Assembly: GCA_977862235.1 (NCBI GenBank)
Contig: OZ374559.1
Span: 2,418,001-2,482,000, forward strand
DNA from: Dudresnaya verticillata
Taxonomy: Eukaryota
Reading direction: 5' to 3'
DNA length: 64,000 nt
Shown piece by piece: positions 49,601 to 63,153 of the stretch. A model generated the notes under the pieces. It made no database searches. It saw nothing but the letters and a program-made list of their open reading frames with translations, and was not told the DNA's origin. The translations under genes and the position numbers were made by a program. The first letter of the stretch is position 1. Each line of letters starts with the position of its first letter.

Positions 49601-50939
49601 TGCTGTTTGAGAGAGACACGATCGCAGCTGCCATTTTGAGAAACAGGAGGCAACTGTAGATATAGCCCGTCAATATGGTTGATATTGCAGTGGTCTGTTA
49701 CATTCTTCCCAATGACAAATTTTGAAGAGCCTTGAATCACGACATGACGAACGTTAACCATAAGTCCAGAGTCAGATAAGAAACTGAGCACAACTGAGCC
49801 AACTATCTTCAGAGCAGGGCTTGCATGAGAATCTTGCCCATACTGCCAGTACGCCCTGTCTGCAATAGATTCAAGGATTGCATCCAAGCTGCCATTCCAT
49901 GACTATATATAGTCATATGTTTCGAAATAGATTTAAGTTCAATGTGGTATAGATGCTGTCCTCGACCTCGGCCCCCGGACCTCGGAGTCTTCGGTAAACG
50001 CCTGTTTCTTCGAGTTCGGTGTCTTCGTCTTCGTGACCGCGGATACGGTCGAGCCTCGCTTTCGATAGCCCTGCGCGCCCGGAGTCATCCCCGGTGATCG
50101 ATCGCTCGAGTTCTCCCTTCCGCACACGAATACGTTGACACCGTGGTCCTTCGTGTTGGTAGCTCCGCTCTACCACGCTACCACCCCTTTTCGTTTCTCC
50201 GTTAGGCTATGAGGTCATTTGTTAGGCTCCGAGGCCATTCCTTACAGTGGGAGACTTCCCCGCGTCACCGTGGACTTCGTTATACCACATTCAACAAAAC
50301 CGATGTCGGAGTGTGGTGCACCGTCATCGCCCAATGGACCAGGAGCACCCAAGTGATTATTTGAATCTTTTTGCAGGTACACCATTCTGAAATTTAAAGT
50401 CTTCATCTTGACTTGATCGCCACCAGCACTAGACTTAGTAGTCAAATCACATGCATCGTATCCTGCGCAGTACCCTTTCTTGTGACATGCCTTGCATCTC
50501 GCACCCTTCTTAAATTCTGCCAGCTCTGTAGAATTCATCTCCTTAAAGGGCTTATGGGAACGACGAGGCCCAGGAGGACGCGTAAAAGTAGAAGCACTGT
50601 TATCAGACAGCACACTTGTGTTCTTGACTGTTACAGAAGTAGGCTTGTCACATGCTCTGAGGATTGATGCGACTTCTTCATATTTGATTTGATTCAACAT
50701 ATCAATGCGTCCAGGATATCTTTCTGCAGAAGAGTCATCCGATTTCGGATGGAGGTCTCAAATACGTGGATAAGAAGCAGCCAGAATCCAAATACGTTGA
50801 TGAGATTCCAGTCTTGAATTATTGAGCAGGAGAAATGAGCACAAAGACTCGGGAAGAGCTGCATCACCAGCAGCAGAATTAAAGCGACATATGTTCGCAT
50901 TAAACCGTTGCTCACAGTTTTGAAAGCCTTTTGAACCAC
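46636..50939 (-). mobile_element. Ty1/Copia gag-pol, degraded (continues at 63804-64000)
   Basis: Zn knuckle CKACHKKGY; protease DDGAP; integrase HRHVCGH..CRSC and VFVDH; RT KARIAPHG, IDVKSAFLQ, KVVDDLL; RNase H FSDAA, DSKDL, NLADPLTK. Integrase precedes RT, the Copia order. Confidence 0.9.
49943..50289. mobile_element. Solo LTR (347 bp) inside the Copia protease region
   Basis: TGTGGTATA...TATACCACA termini; TSD TTCAA at 49938-49942 and 50290-50294. Confidence 0.9.
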
Positions 50940-50944
50940 CGCGG

Positions 50945-51588
50945 TGTGGAAGAATGAGCCGCAGCAGAAGTGCTGGCGCACTGTAAGTCATTTGTGCGCA
51001 TTAAGGTGTAAGACGCCCACGCACATCAAGCTGTAAGGCGCGCACAAGCACCGTGCGCTGTAAGGGCGATGCGACTCGCTGGCGTCCCTGCTGGCACCAA
51101 AATTGATGGCAAATTGCCATTGGGTAATTTATTGTGGCCGCTCACGCGTCCCGACGCGGTACTACCACTAATCCGTATTTATAACTGACAACAGTACGAT
51201 TAGATTAATAAGTACAGCTAGAATAGCTTAGAATAGCTCCTAGGAGGTAAGAGCATTTTCGGCTCTGTATACTTAATAGGCCCCTGAGTAGCAGGGGCCT
51301 CCTGAATAGAACCCACGGTGGGTTTCGGGTCTTTACCCTTTTTCTGGAATTTACGGACTCATCGTAACCTCCCTTTCAGGTGCTTTACGAGCCTTGCCTC
51401 CACACGACGGTTGCTCTGTGCGAGCTGGGTGGCGCCGCCCCTTTTCCCCCTTTTCCCATAGGCTCTGTGCCTTTCAAAGTCTCTACCAAACCCTTTTCCC
51501 GAGCTACCTAAGCTAGTGTGTTGTGCACCGTCAGGACAGCTGTCCTTGCCGGTTGGCCGGTTTCTGCCTTGACGGGCCATACTATACA
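50945..51588 (+). repeat. 5' LTR
   Basis: TGTGGAAGAATG...ACTATACA; roughly 95-96% identical by eye to 63154-63798. Confidence 0.95.
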
Positions 51589-51589
51589 G

Positions 51590-51610
51590 TGGTCTCCCGA
51601 CCTAGAATCG
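51590..51610 (+). promoter_or_regulatory. Primer binding site
   Basis: TGGTCTCCCGACCTAGAATCG, one base after the 5' LTR; complementary to a tRNA-like 3' end (...GGGAGACCA). Confidence 0.7.
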
Positions 51611-52095
51611 TTTTCAGGGTCGGCCCCTTTTTACTACCTCATCCGCAAGTCATCGTTCGGACCTTCCCACGGGACGAGAATTCCCCGTGCAAGAATCCAA
51701 GGAACCACTTCCTGAGGGTGAAATCCTAGTCGGCCAAGTGTCGACGGTTTCTCAGCTTCATATCAAGCTTCGAAGTTGCGTCAAATTCGAGGCAAGCAAC
51801 TGCCACCGCTTCTGCGGTTTTTAATCGTGTAAAAGGAAGAAGATCCTGGTCGTGGATTGACGCCCCTTCAAGGAACTCTTCCTGCACGTTATCGTGACAC
51901 CTGTCATCAAAAACACGTCTGTATACGGGCTGTGCGGGCGCGCGCGCTGGGAGTCCCACGCGGACAGAATCGACCGTAACCCCGAGAACTACGGTTCTGA
52001 GAATTTTGCCATCCTAGGGAGAAGTTCCCCGGTTAGTGCAACCACAGGACCGAATCCTACGTTTTAAGGTTGTCGATAACAACCTCGTGTAGAAG

Positions 52096-55000
52096 ATGCC
52101 GACATCTAACGGTGAAACCACCCGCCCAGGCTTAACAAGCCGGGGTGGTAGGCGTACCGGCAGCTTATCCTCCGTGAGGACCACGGGAGCAAGAACCCGT
52201 GCTGTAATAGCCGCTTTGGCTCGAGATTCTACAGTAGGAGAAGTGGAACGCCCGCCCCGAATGGCGGGCGCACCAGGAGACGAAGACCCGTCTGCCCATG
52301 GAAAGGGACAGATCCCTGGAGGAGAAAATACGGCCCGGACTGCAGCCGCAAGCACCGCCAACATCGGTGCGAATGAGGGTCCGGACCCTAGTATGCCGCC
52401 GCCGCCGATGTTTCAAGCTGGTTACAGCCAACACGACACAGGCGGACTGGCCTTAGAAGAAGAAACGACTTCATCGCTTCCACCCGATATCGGAATGCCG
52501 ATGAGAACGAAGGCAAACTCAAGCGACCAACGGTGCTTTAAGGAGCGTGAAATTGGTCACTTGGTTGAGACCGGCATCGAGAATGCTCTCGGAACTAGCG
52601 TATTGGCGCTGCTCGAAAGCCAGGCGGATGAAACCCTCACACGGGTGAAACGCTATTTCGACGACGCCACCGCTCGTCGAGACGACCAGCTACTGGCTAA
52701 GTGCCAAGAAATGGTCACATCTCGTTGCCAACAACGCCCCCTGAGGGGTTTAGAATAGGAAAGGGTCGAGACCCTACCAGCCCAAGTGGACTCATTGGGG
52801 GGCCAATTGGAATCGGTTCACCTTGAATTAGATGAAGCCACGAAGGCTGCCGAGCTTTCCAGGACAGAAGCCGCAATGGCTATTGCGGACGTTCAATTTA
52901 ACGTAGACAACGCACTGTGCGTTGAACAGGACAGAGCCATCGAGGTCCTAAGGAAAGAACTCGATGAGGAGAAGCGTCGTGTCGCTTTTCTGGAATTGCA
53001 GATGCGGCGCGTAATCCGCGAGAGGGATAATATCCCTGAAGTCATGAGACGGCGCTCACCAGTGCCTCGCGGCACGTGCGACAGGCGTAGGAGGCTACCC
53101 CATAGGGGTCGGACAGTGGGTCCCAAGGTGAAGGAGATGGAGGCCGTTGCCAACAGGGTTGCAAGTGCACCAGACCAATTGGTTCTTCTGCACACCGCGA
53201 CCAAGTTGATTCTCATCGTGACAGATATTCAAGCCATCGTCACGAGGAGAATCCTCGGTCAGGGTCTCACCCTAATCCGGGTCCCTCGGATGAGGAAGGA
53301 CCGGGTTCCCGTTCGCATTCTAGACCGTCATGGTCTTCCTGGAGGGGTCCCCGACGTTCCGGTGTTAAGGAGCTGACTCCTAGGAATCCCGCTTTCATAC
53401 AGGTGCTATCCTATAGAAGGTATAGGTTATTGAACCTGGATGATTACCGCGGGCCCGAGGTGACCGAGGCGACCACGAAGAACATCAAACGTGTCAAGTC
53501 CGTTATGCGGAGTCGCCGTTTTGACGGGAGTGACCCGGTGTCAATTATCGGCTTCTTAGCCACGCTTAAGAGGCAGCTCGATCAAGCCCATATCAGCAAA
53601 GGTGCTGCTATCCTCGTCAGCCCCGAGTTCCTCGAGAAGGATGCGAAGGATATGTTTGAAGCGAATTTTGACGCTGCGGGTGACGACAATGGTGGTTTCA
53701 CCGAATGGCCCGAAGCCGTGAACTACCTGTAGTATAGACGTCGGGTCGATCCGACGTCTGATACATGCTGGTCCGAAGCCGCCACACAGACCCGTCGATG
53801 GGTAGCTGCTGGGGTTGGTAGAGCGGTGTCGGCCGCGTGCGCCCTGCAAGTGCGGATCGACGGCGCCGATGCCGGAGCGCGCACGGGGCGTACCGTACGC
53901 GGGTAGGCAGCGGCCGGATCCCAGCGTCCCTGTCGAAGGGCGGCACGAAGCCGACGGAAATGAGAAGGAAAGGGGAAAGCCTAGCGAGGCAAGGGGAAAA
54001 GAGGGAAACCGCCCGCTGGCGTAAGGCAAAGGGATCGAACCCGAAAAGGCTGGGGGCAAGCTTCAGCGCGAGCTGTTGCTTGCCCGGTTTACTGAGCCGT
54101 CGATGGCCGACGGTCTTAAATACCCTACACTATGTGCACTACGACTACTTCTACAGTAGGTGCGCCCCACAACACCAACGCGGGAGGCGTGCGAGCGCGC
54201 GCCCATACACGTGTCGACACGTCCGGGTAACGGTTACCCGTGGGCGCGCGCGGGGCGTAACGGGCAGCGGCCCTCTCAACGGCTCGATGCCGGAGAGCGT
54301 CACAGGGGCGCGCCGTGTGCGGCACGGCGCGCGGCCGCTGCCGGCAGCAATGCGGTCGACCGCTACTAATTCAACGAAAAAACTAAGGGCACGCTGCCCA
54401 ACCACGACTCGCCAGCGGGCGTCATCGTGTGCACCATTACAGTGCGGCGCTGCCAGCATACCTTACAGCCGCTGCTGATAGTGTGCTGACAGCTATACTA
54501 CACTACCTTCCCCGGACCTACGCCAAGGATGTCTATATTGAGAGGATTGCCTCTGAGATGGACAGGATGGCGCAGGAGCCAGATGAGGACGAGGTTACTT
54601 TCTCGAGAAGGTTGCAGAACAAAGCGCGTCTAGTCTCTGGGGTGTACACCGAACAAGACTTGATAACCAGGTTTATTCGGGGGTTGTTACCAGCGGTGAA
54701 GCCGCTTTTAAGTACGTCGTCCTTGGACCCAAGAACTGCCAGACTGGCGGATTACGTCGAGCTTGCGACTGCACAGGGAGATTCCTATCGGGCGCTAGTG
54801 GGTGGCGGACGAACGCCAAAAGCGAATAGGACGCTACCAAGGAAGACCGTAAAGAAGGTTCGTACCCACAAGTCAGGCCGGCGCTCCTAATTCGCCAGGG
54901 GAAGGATGCATCCACCTCCGATTCGGATACTTCAAAGAGCAGCGGCTCTGACGCGGAAAGCGAAGACGCAGTCGTGGCCGCCATCGCTAACGAAGCGCCA

Positions 55001-55417
55001 CCATCCACCGCGACCCAATCGGATTCGTGGTCGACACAGTATTACTACGACCAACCGTATCACGGTGAAGTTGACATGGTACTGCAGATCTACAATAATA
55101 GGCTCCCAGCCTGGGCACAGCCAACCAGGACTCAACGCCCTGGGTGGGTGACGGTTGAAGACCAACCCAACGATATCTGCTTCGAATGCTACGGCATTGT
55201 CCATAAAAAGCCCAACTGTCCACATTTGGCTCGAACCGATGAGCAGTCTTTTGAGACTTTAATAAGAAGACAGTTTCATCAACTATCACACGAGCAAAAA
55301 GCGTGGCTGGCGACCGTTGGCCGACTGCTGGAGTTCGCTAACGAGCGAGTGCCCGCCGGGCCGCCCATAGGGCAACGGATGGATCCTCGTCAAAATTTGG
55401 GTGCAAGTCAAGGGTGA
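52096..55417 (+). pseudogene. Gypsy gag, degraded and interrupted by a solo LTR
   Basis: FDGSDPVSIIGFL..WPEAVNYL|PRTYA..QEPDEDE..FIRGL; Zn knuckle CFECYGIVHKKPNC. Confidence 0.8.
53728..54502. mobile_element. Solo LTR (775 bp) inside Gypsy gag
   Basis: TGTAGTATAG...CTATACTACA termini; TSD CTACC at 53723-53727 and 54503-54507. Removal rejoins the gag frame. Confidence 0.9.
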
Positions 55418-58400
55418 AATCGACAGGTTCAATTTCAACCTCGACTGAACCACCCCATCGACGCTCCGAGGCAAACGCCCAGGTCACCACGCCAAGGGCC
55501 TCTTCTCTTTCCACCGCCTCCACCGCTACCACAGTCACCCGCAATGAAGGCCAAAAAGTAGCGAGGGGGGAACCGGTTTCGGTACACCACATATCCCAGG
55601 TGACATCGGAACCCCCCGATCGGTGCGTTGAATCCAGCTCCTCGAGCTACAGCTTCGAAAGCTTCTCATCAAAGAATCGATCAGCTGGCAGTGAATCTGT
55701 CACTTCTCTTCCCAAGAAGATCTTAGGGCGTCCCGTGGGCTTACCCCCTGGACGGAAATATCATGAGTATTGTAAGGATCCCGTTTGCTCCTTGTCGCGC
55801 TACAATTATAAAGTAGCTGCGTCCATCGGGATTTCTGTTGACGATCTTACTCGTGTGCTCTCCGTACTGGATACAGGGGCAGGCCCTAATCTCATCCGCG
55901 CGGATGTTCTATCACCGAAAGACAAGAAACGGATTTCTACAACACGGTCAATTGTGAACTTGACCTCCGCCTCAAGTCACCGACTAACTACACTGGAAAC
56001 AGTCTCCCTGATAATCAGGCTCGGGTCCTACACGGTTCGGCAACCCTTTGTTGTCGTAAGGGCATTGGCAGTAGATGCCATATTGGGTTGCACGTTTATC
56101 GATACCCACGTGGAAGGGTTACGCGTCCGCCAACAGAACATGGTTCTTCGCTACGGGTCCATTCACCCAATTCTACGCCGCCGATGCGGTATAACTCGTG
56201 AGGGCAGGTCTGACGAACCAATGGACGTTCCCCCGTTACCTACCTCGCGACTCATTCGCATCGCACAACCTACTACTTTACTGCCCGGCAGTGAGTCATG
56301 GGTTCCTGTTACCTGTTCCGCCAAAGGAACACATTTCCTGGAATCCCTACCCCGCTTATACGAGCGCCGACAAGTCGTGTTGACGAATGGAATCGTCAAC
56401 ATTCAAGAGAACCGGCTCTTTCACGTCAAGGTCGCGAACTTTTCTTCGCGTCCTCAACGGCTTTCCAAGAATCAAAGCCTTGGAAAGGCTGTACCGGCAC
56501 CCACGCAGACGCCGGTCTACACTGTCTCCATCGAGGATAATTTTCCTAACAGTGACTTGCTTCCCTCGTCCGAAACATTCTCCGATGTAGGGGGCGGGGC
56601 TTGCCGCTGCTCTGAAGATGGATATAGACTCTAAGCATGGAATCAAAATCGCGACATCAGCGACAACCGCTAGTACCGTTGATGACCTCGCGCTGGAACA
56701 CCTGTCCACTTCGGATCGGCGCCGCGTGCTCAAAATGCTGAAACCGTTCGCCGGTATGTGAGACGGACAACTCGGCACTATTAAGATGGCCGAACACCGT
56801 ATTGAGCTTCAAGAAGGTTCGAAACCTGTGTTTACGCAACCTTATCGGTCGGACCCTAAAGCCCGTCAAGCAGAACAGGATGAGGCCGACAAAATGCTCA
56901 AAGAAGGCGTTATAGAGCCTGCACGCTCTGAGTTTGCCAGCCCTGTCGTTTTGGTTAAGAAGCCCGACGGGTCACTCCGCTTTTGCGTTGACTATCGCAA
57001 GCTGAACGCGATTACAGTGAAGGATACTTATCCTCTGCCGCGCATGGACGAGTGTTTGGACTCCCTGGGCGAAGCCCAATATTTCACAACCTTAGATTGC
57101 AACTCAGGCTACTTGCAGATTCCGGTTTCCCCGGAGGATAAGCATAAGACTGCTTTTACTTGTCATGCGGGCTGCTTCCAATTTTGCAGGATGCCCTTTG
57201 GGCTATGCAACGCCCCGGTGACCTTTCAGCGAACGGTTGACATCCTCTTGTCAGGATTTCGACGGAAATCGTGCCTCGTATACCTCGACGATATTATCTT
57301 ATGCTCCGCGACTGTCGACGAGCATGTCACGCATGTAAGAGAGATTCTCTCTGTATTACAAGAAGCAGGGGTCTCCTTGAAACTTAAGAATTGTAACTTC
57401 TTCACAAAGAGTGTCGACTACTTAGGGCACGTCATTCGTCCGGGTTCATTAGAAGTGGCGACTAAGAATACGCAAGCCATCGAAGGCTTCAAGGAACCGA
57501 CCACCCAGACCCAGCTAAGGTCTTCCATCGGTCTATGCAACGTCTACAGGCGATTCGTACCTAACTTCGCTCGCGTGGCGGCCCCGCTCAATGCCCTCCT
57601 ACAGAAGGAAGTGGGATTTGAACTACCGCAGTTCAATGAACGTCAATGCGAGGCGTTCGGATTGTTGAAGACAGCGCTAATAGCGCCTCCTATTCTTAGG
57701 TTGCCACAAGAGGGTAAGGCCCTATCGGTGGATACCGACGCGTGCGACTACCAAATTGGCTGCGCGCTAATGCAAGCCGAAGAAGACGGGACTCGACACC
57801 CCATAGGGTCTGGAGCTGAGGACAGACGAAGGCAGGGAAGAATTATTCTGTAGGCGTAAAGGAGTGCCTCGCAGTGGTCTGGGCGGCACAATTGCTCAGA
57901 CCATATCTAGAAAGGTCCCACTTTGACCTGTATACAGACCATCAAGCGCTGAAATGGATGATGAGCATGACAGATGCTTCTGGACGGTTGACCCGTAGGA
58001 GATTACGCCTCCTGGAATACGACTTCACGGTCCCGTACCGAAAAGGCAAAAAGAATCAGATTGCTGATGCCGTATCTCGGTTGCCCACGTATGGCTTCAC
58101 GCCATGGGAACCGGACCTGGAGATCCCGTGTTTAGCCCTCGAGACTGATCCGAGGGACGAACCCTGCGAATGGTCGCGACCGGAGCCCAACACGCGACCG
58201 TTGGAAGCGTGGGAAATCGAACCCGTCGATGAGTCCGATACGGATGACGAAATGGTCATCGCCCAAGTGGCTGAGAAGGAATCTGGACAAAAGGGACTAT
58301 CCCTCATCACCACAGAAGAGTTGCTCCGTGAACAGAAAACAGATGAATTCTGTATCTGGGTCCAAAGAAACTTCGAGGCCGGGAAGCCTGGTTGTTATCT

Positions 58401-58855
58401 CGAGGACGAACGAGGAATCCTAATCCGGAAGTCGTATGTCGACAACGCGATACAGGTTCTCATACCTCGTTCTCTTAAGGAAAGGGCGTTACACCTAGCC
58501 CACTATCCCGAAATGGCGGGACACCCGGGTGGCACCCGGATGTACCATAACCTGCGAAGACAGGTATATTGGCCAGAGATGGCTGGATGTGTACGCCACA
58601 GTGCGTAATTGTGTCAAGTGCGTGCAAGAGCGGGTGAAGTTGCGGAAACATGCTTCGCACATGAAACTCTTCCCGGCGACCATGCCGTTGGAGTTTGTAG
58701 GAATCGATATCCTGGGTCCGTTACCTCGCTCTGGGAAAGGAAACGAGTTCCTGTTGGTTATGACGGACCGCTTCTCAAAGCTGACGCGAGCAATACCGAT
58801 GAAAACGGTAACCGCCTATACAGTGGCGAAGGCGTTTTGCGACCATTGGGTCTGA
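55414..58855 (+). pseudogene. Gypsy pol (protease, RT, RNase H, N-terminal integrase), frameshifted and truncated
   Basis: LDTGAGPNLI; RFCVDYRKLN, MPFGL, YLDDII; TDACD, TDHQAL, ADAVSR; H..GHPG..YWP..CVKC; IDILGPLP..DRFSK. Ends at FCDHWV, before the rest of the catalytic core. Confidence 0.95.
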
Positions 58856-59154
58856 TAATTAGCAAGGCGAACACGCGCATTGAGTAAGGCACCGGGCCTA
58901 TGAGTGGTCTCAAGCGGGAGCACCCAACCAAAACAGCAGTTGGACTGTATGGAATCGGATCTCCCGACTGTTAGACTCACCTCATATGAGTTGAAGTAGA
59001 ACTTGGTTCTGGATTCCGAAGCCGACGTCCTCGCGCAAATACGAACGCAGCCTATGAGCTAAGGACGGCATTCGCCGATTACCGAACCCGGAAGTAGGGG
59101 TTAGCCTCTCAAGAAGATGAACCAATGTCGATGGCTACAGAAGAGTCAAGACTC

Positions 59155-59246
59155 TGGATAGATGCATGGAAATGGATAGATGTATGACATGGATAGATGT
59201 TAGAAGGATTGGATCCTGGATAGATGCATGGAAATGGATAGATGTA
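59155..59246. repeat. Short direct repeat in Gypsy 3' region
   Basis: CTGGATAGATGCATGGAAATGGATAGATGTA twice, plus partial copies. Confidence 0.85.
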
Positions 59247-60257
59247 ATCAAGAGGTGAACTCTATAAGAAGGTGTTGCTAAGGCGAGCGCACGCCCTGGA
59301 CTTAGGAGTCGATCCTTTATCTGAGGAGCAACGCTGCGTAAGGCTAATACCTTGAAAGGTAGAGTTGCCAAAACCTGGCTACCTCAAGGAAACCCTCCTG
59401 AAAGGCACAAGCTAAGGAGGCCGCTTCCCCCTCTATGTGGGTGGTTCCCAGCCCCGATGACTAACTTGTAATTTATTATAACAATAATTACCAGCACGAT
59501 GGCGCTTAAGGGCAGCTGGGCTGCCAAAAGCGATGCCGACGCTGCAAACTGGACGGGGCATGGAGCCCGGAGGTTTGCTAACTACCTCCCACCAAAAGGG
59601 CGCTAGCGTCGAACCCCGTGAGGGCGCAAAGCCAAAAAGACGCCAAAACTAGACTCATGAGTCTTGATACCACGACTCCCACCCCGGTTGGGACAACCAT
59701 GGGAAAGCGTACCCCATTTGATATGGGAGGAGTAAGCGCGAAGCGTATTGACACTGAAACTTCTGGAGGCCGTGAGGGCTTGAAGCCGATGCCGCTGACC
59801 TCTACCCCGTGGTAGTGGCGATGGGAAAAGCCCTGGCACTGGCACCCAAATTTTGCTTTCAACGAGAGACCAGAGCCCACGGAGGGGCTACAGCAAGGCG
59901 GCGGGACGGCATGGCCAATTGACAGCCCTAATGGCTTTCGCGCCAAAATACGCTACAGTGCGTCGCTTTGTACTGTAGATCAACTGCTGACATTTCTGTC
60001 ACGCTCTCAAGCCGCGACAGATGCTGTGGAGGCGTATTGGTCGACCAATAATAGATTGCCCCTCGATGCCTGAACAGGCAAAGGCACCACTGTCCCACTA
60101 GGGAGGAAAGTGGCATCGGACGTGAAGGCTCGAAGCCTACAAGGGGCGTTGGGTTAAGCATACAAGACGAGGTTTATTGTTAAGCTGTTAAGTTGCTGGG
60201 ATAGACTTCTAACCCATATTAGGCTCCATTCCTCAAGCCATTAAGAACTTAGCTCAG

Positions 60258-62612
60258 CTAATCTGAGAGAAGGTCAATGACTTCTTCGCCGTCAAGCGGC
60301 GGATTCGTACCCGCGGGAGCTCGTGCCGTCACGATGCGACGAACCTCGCGAACAATTCGCCCACCTTGACCACGACGCGGACCACGGCCTCGGCGCATGC
60401 CCTCCATTGCGGCACCACGAGCCTCACTGGCTGGAAGTTCAACATCTATCGGCGTTGCTTCAGGTGTAGCACCTCCGCCCTCGTTGACCTCCAACTCCTC
60501 CTCCTCTTTGAGGATCAGCTCCTTCTTGATGAGCACGTCGTCAGTAGGCTTCGACGCCTCATGTAGCGGCTCCGTGGTAACCTCCTTGGCTCCGGCGGAA
60601 GGCAACTCAGCCTGCGCCGGCATAGGCGACGGCGTCACTATAGGGCCTGGCCCGGACGTCACCTCCACTGCCTCGCCGGTGGCAGAAAGATTCGGCTGTA
60701 AAGGCCCGAGTCACGCCTCGCTAGGCGTAGGCAAGTTGCCTGGAAGCACTGAGCGTAGAGGGACGCCAACTCGAGAAGCCGATGGCTGAGCCGGACCGCC
60801 GGTCTTGGACGATATAGTTGCCGCAGCCACCGGTTGCCGCAGCCACCGGCCCGGCAGTTACACCCTCACTAGTGGCCCCAGCCGACGGCTCTTCACGCGG
60901 AATCTGAGACGCGTCAGCCGCATTGGCTTCATGAGCGTCAGGCGCCAGAATGGCTCCAGATGAGCCTTGGGCTGAAGAACCCGGCTTACCATATCCGACT
61001 CCGCGACGCACCTTAGAACCAGGCTCTCTCGTAGACTGGATACCAGTCTCGTCCTTAACCTGGACCCTCGGCTCCGCATTAGCGCCGGTCCCCCCAAGCG
61101 GGGGCATCTTATCCATATGAGCCAGAAGGTGCTCAACGTTGCCCGGGGTTCCAATCCAGTGAGCCTCATATTCAGCTGATACATCCTCAACCCAGTCAGA
61201 AAGACTACGAAGGTTGAGGGAAAAGATGCCCCAATGGGCAGCCAAGCGGATGGCCAACCCACGACGGCCAAATAGATCACGGATCTCGGCATCAGCCCGG
61301 TAGTGGTGTGTCAGCACTGGAGCGTACGGACCTTGCGGCTCCCCATAGACAGTTTCGACGAAGGGGGCGCCTCATCAGGGTACTTAGGCCCTTCATCGCG
61401 CCAACGCACGCTCACCCAACCTTTGGTGTACCCGGTGCGACGTTCGCCTTCATCTAATTGGATCGATTCACCTTCGGAGGGTAGAGGCGCCATTAAGTAG
61501 TCGGGAAGGACTGGGTGCCACTTGACGGCATCAAACTCGACCCAGTCGCCGCGATCGAATACCGGTGTAATATGGCCGGTATTCTCAGGCAAGTGCCTGT
61601 TGTGCTTTGAGACGCCACTCCAACGGATCCGTTCCACAAATACCAGGAGTTGGTCCAAATTGTCGGCATCAGCCGAAGTCGCGGTAAAGGCGGCGGAGCC
61701 TATGGAGCGGATGGACGCACGAAGTGGGGAATTGATGAAATACAACAAGCCCCGACGGGCTTCGTACACGAATACTTGAGTCACCAAGACTATCCACTCG
61801 TGGCGGAAAATGGATCACAAAACGCTATCGTCTGTATTGGTGCCGACCATCTCCAAGCCAAGATAGGCTATGATCGTCGGAGTGCCCACGGGCATGGAGT
61901 AAGATACGTCGAGCTCCGCATGGTCTCCTGTAACTTGAGGGTACTTCACCCTGTACAACTCGGGACGGATAGAGGTAACCTCTTGGCAATGTGCCGGGAC
62001 GTAGGACCCAGTGCGATGTCGATTACGACGCTCGAACCGCACCAAGTCTGACGGCATGGCCGTTTGGGGATTATCCATCGCGAATTTGAAGTTGGATGTC
62101 TCGTCCCAGCGGACCACGCGCGCCATGGTGTAAGGGTAATTGTCCCTACCACTGCGAATAAGTGGGCGCTCGTGCGCAACCATCCCGAGATCGTACTGCC
62201 CAGCGTCGTGCACGCTCTGCATCTGCTCCAGCTCGAAGTTGAGCTTGTCGCACAATGTGGCGGTGTAGCGCACTTCATGGCGAAAGCGCGGGTGCGCTAA
62301 GTCCCATTGCCATGGACCCGCGAGGGCGGGCAGACGACGGTTAAGACCCGTCAGCAGGGATAGACGCGCCCGGGCGTGAGTATTCCAAGTACGACGTTGG
62401 GCTTGGCGCGCTCCGCGACGGCGGATGTCGGTGCGATCAGCGCCAGTACGCGCTTTGAGATGCGCGACGTCGGTGCGCACTCTCCAGTCGCGGCTCTCCT
62501 TGACAATGAGGGGCACTCCCATCTCATCGACCTCGAGTCCTAGCACGCCGTTGCTAGAACCGGCGGCTCCATAAGCCATATGGCTGTTGTTCATCCCGCT
62601 CCGATAGGGCAC
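60258..62612 (-). pseudogene. Large antisense ORF of the Gypsy element
   Basis: 61815-62612 and 61311-61787 share a frame (one TGA between). The ORF continues via two frameshifts into 60721-61317 and 60258-60668, ending EEVIDLLSD. Confidence 0.65.
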
Positions 62613-63140
62613 ACAAGTCTCCCGACAGAGTCACAATAACCACTTCTCCTCGAAGATCTTGAACGGCAAGGCCGCAGGGTAGTGGAAATCAGGCGAAGGC
62701 GCCGTTGATCACGACCGAAGGCTGGCACTCGACCGTGAGCACAGCCACCGCGGCTCGTCGAAATGAAAACGGCACCGCGGGGCGGTAGGTTGGAGCTGGT
62801 AGGAAAGCGCAGGGCGCGGAGATGGTTGGAGATGGTGGTGAGCAGGGTGGGTGTGCACACGACACTGTAGCGGAAGCCGCTGTCATGCCGCTGAAGTATG
62901 CAGCCGCTTGGGGCTTTCCGCGCGAAGGCACAAAAGGTTCGTCACAATAATAAGACGGTCGCCGTCGAGACTGGGACGCCGAAGCAAGTGATTTCTCACT
63001 AATGTGAACGGTTCCACAACGGCCACCAGTGGCGGCGGTTACAAGTGAGCCGTTGGCCCAATACCCCACTGGGATTTCAAGCTCGCCCAAGACGGGGCCA
63101 ATAGAAACAGCCTTGCTGGCTTCGCGGGCCTCTCAGCCTT

Positions 63141-63150
63141 AAAAAGGGGG
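63141..63150 (+). promoter_or_regulatory. Polypurine tract
   Basis: AAAAAGGGGG three bases before the 3' LTR. Confidence 0.85.
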
Positions 63151-63153
63151 CCG

